The notes below the pieces were generated by a model, which did not search any database, was not told where the DNA came from, and worked only from the letters and a program-made list of their open reading frames with translations. The position numbers were made by a program, and so were the translations under genes. Source: Spirochaetales bacterium (lineage in GTDB: Bacteria > Spirochaetota > Spirochaetia > Sphaerochaetales > Sphaerochaetaceae). From it: a stretch of DNA of 64,000 nt. Location of the stretch: assembly GCA_017470995.1 (NCBI GenBank), contig JAFUXI010000066.1:5129-69128 (forward strand), given 5' to 3'. Positions 63,540 through 64,000 of this stretch are shown piece after piece. Numbering within the stretch: position 1 is the first letter of the stretch; each line of letters begins with the position of its first letter.

Positions 63540-64000
63540 AGCATGCCTCCTGCCTGAGAGTCTTCCCAGCGTACCGGACTGCAGACGATGTTCATCTTCC
63601 AGCAAAGCCGGGCAATCGAATCACGGCGGGCAAGACAGCGCTCCCAGTTCTTCCGATCTCCCAGGTACATGCTGTCTGCAAGGGCAAAGGAGCGCGGGAA
63701 CATCATGTACTCTATTTCGCGCCCGTTGTGAAGCAGCTCGGTCCAGATATTGCACTGGGCGCCGAGAATGAGCTTTCTCTGCTCTTGTGGCAGATCCTTC
63801 ATGCCCAGATCGACGCTGAAGGTATCCTTTACGGAGAAATGTCCCCACTGCTGAGGCTCATAGGAATCAGCGGTATAGCCCTTGTCGAAGTACAGTCCCT
63901 GCTGTGGGCAGAGAATAACGTTGTGACCGCGAGACGATGCAACGCGAGCTCCATTGAGACCGCGCCAGGACATAACCACCACGTTCTTGTCTATCGACGG
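63536..64000 (-). CDS. GH20 beta-N-acetylhexosaminidase, C-terminal part (5' end outside window)
   Basis: The frame stays open to the window edge. Contains GAQCNIWTE and MFPRSFALAD, typical of the GH20 C-terminus. Confidence 0.75.
   Translation of the reverse strand, partial: PSIDKNVVVMSWRGLNGARVASSRGHNVILCPQQGLYFDKGYTADSYEPQQWGHFSVKDTFSVDLGMKDLPQEQRKLILGAQCNIWTELLHNGREIEYMMFPRSFALADSMYLGDRKNWERCLARRDSIARLCWKMNIVCSPVRWEDSQAGGML

Overview
Chromosomal segment, mostly housekeeping and sugar catabolism. The organism looks like a saccharolytic anaerobic spirochaete (Sphaerochaeta/Treponema-like), judged only from the many LVSC-type lipobox signal peptides, Firmicute-style regulatory elements and gene content; this is an inference. 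Core genes: valS, cysS, asnS, ackA, mutL, recO, recJ, one tRNA-CAU, an ECF sigma/anti-sigma pair, a dfx-rubredoxin pair, and a split metH operon with a fused Hcy-methyltransferase/MTHFR gene. Catabolic loci: a GH13 alpha-glucosidase, an araR/adh/araBDA locus, and a tightly coupled GH20-GH2-GNAT-GH94 operon. No rRNA, CRISPR array or intact IS element was seen. The most unusual signal is a roughly 295-bp nested quasi-palindrome (11831-12126). It is built almost entirely from about 20 copies of an 8-nt unit (RGTCYKRC) and sits directly upstream of an HUH/Y1 (IS200/RAYT-like) gene, which suggests a REP/RAYT-like or rolling-circle-type ssDNA element. Other points worth a second look: (1) an AraR-type operator family shared exactly between the ara locus and the upstream region of a distant membrane-anchored alpha/beta-hydrolase gene; (2) a lysine riboswitch in front of an NhaC-family transporter; (3) a chromosomal ParA plus small RHH-like partition-type cassette; (4) an orphan HicB-like antitoxin beside 10-bp-phased TYCAAT repeats; (5) a 34-nt element conserved upstream of two unrelated genes; (6) an orphan plus-strand terminator that may mark a small RNA; (7) a tRNA with a swapped T-loop 54/58 pair. 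All family assignments come from reading motifs in the translations. No database search was run.
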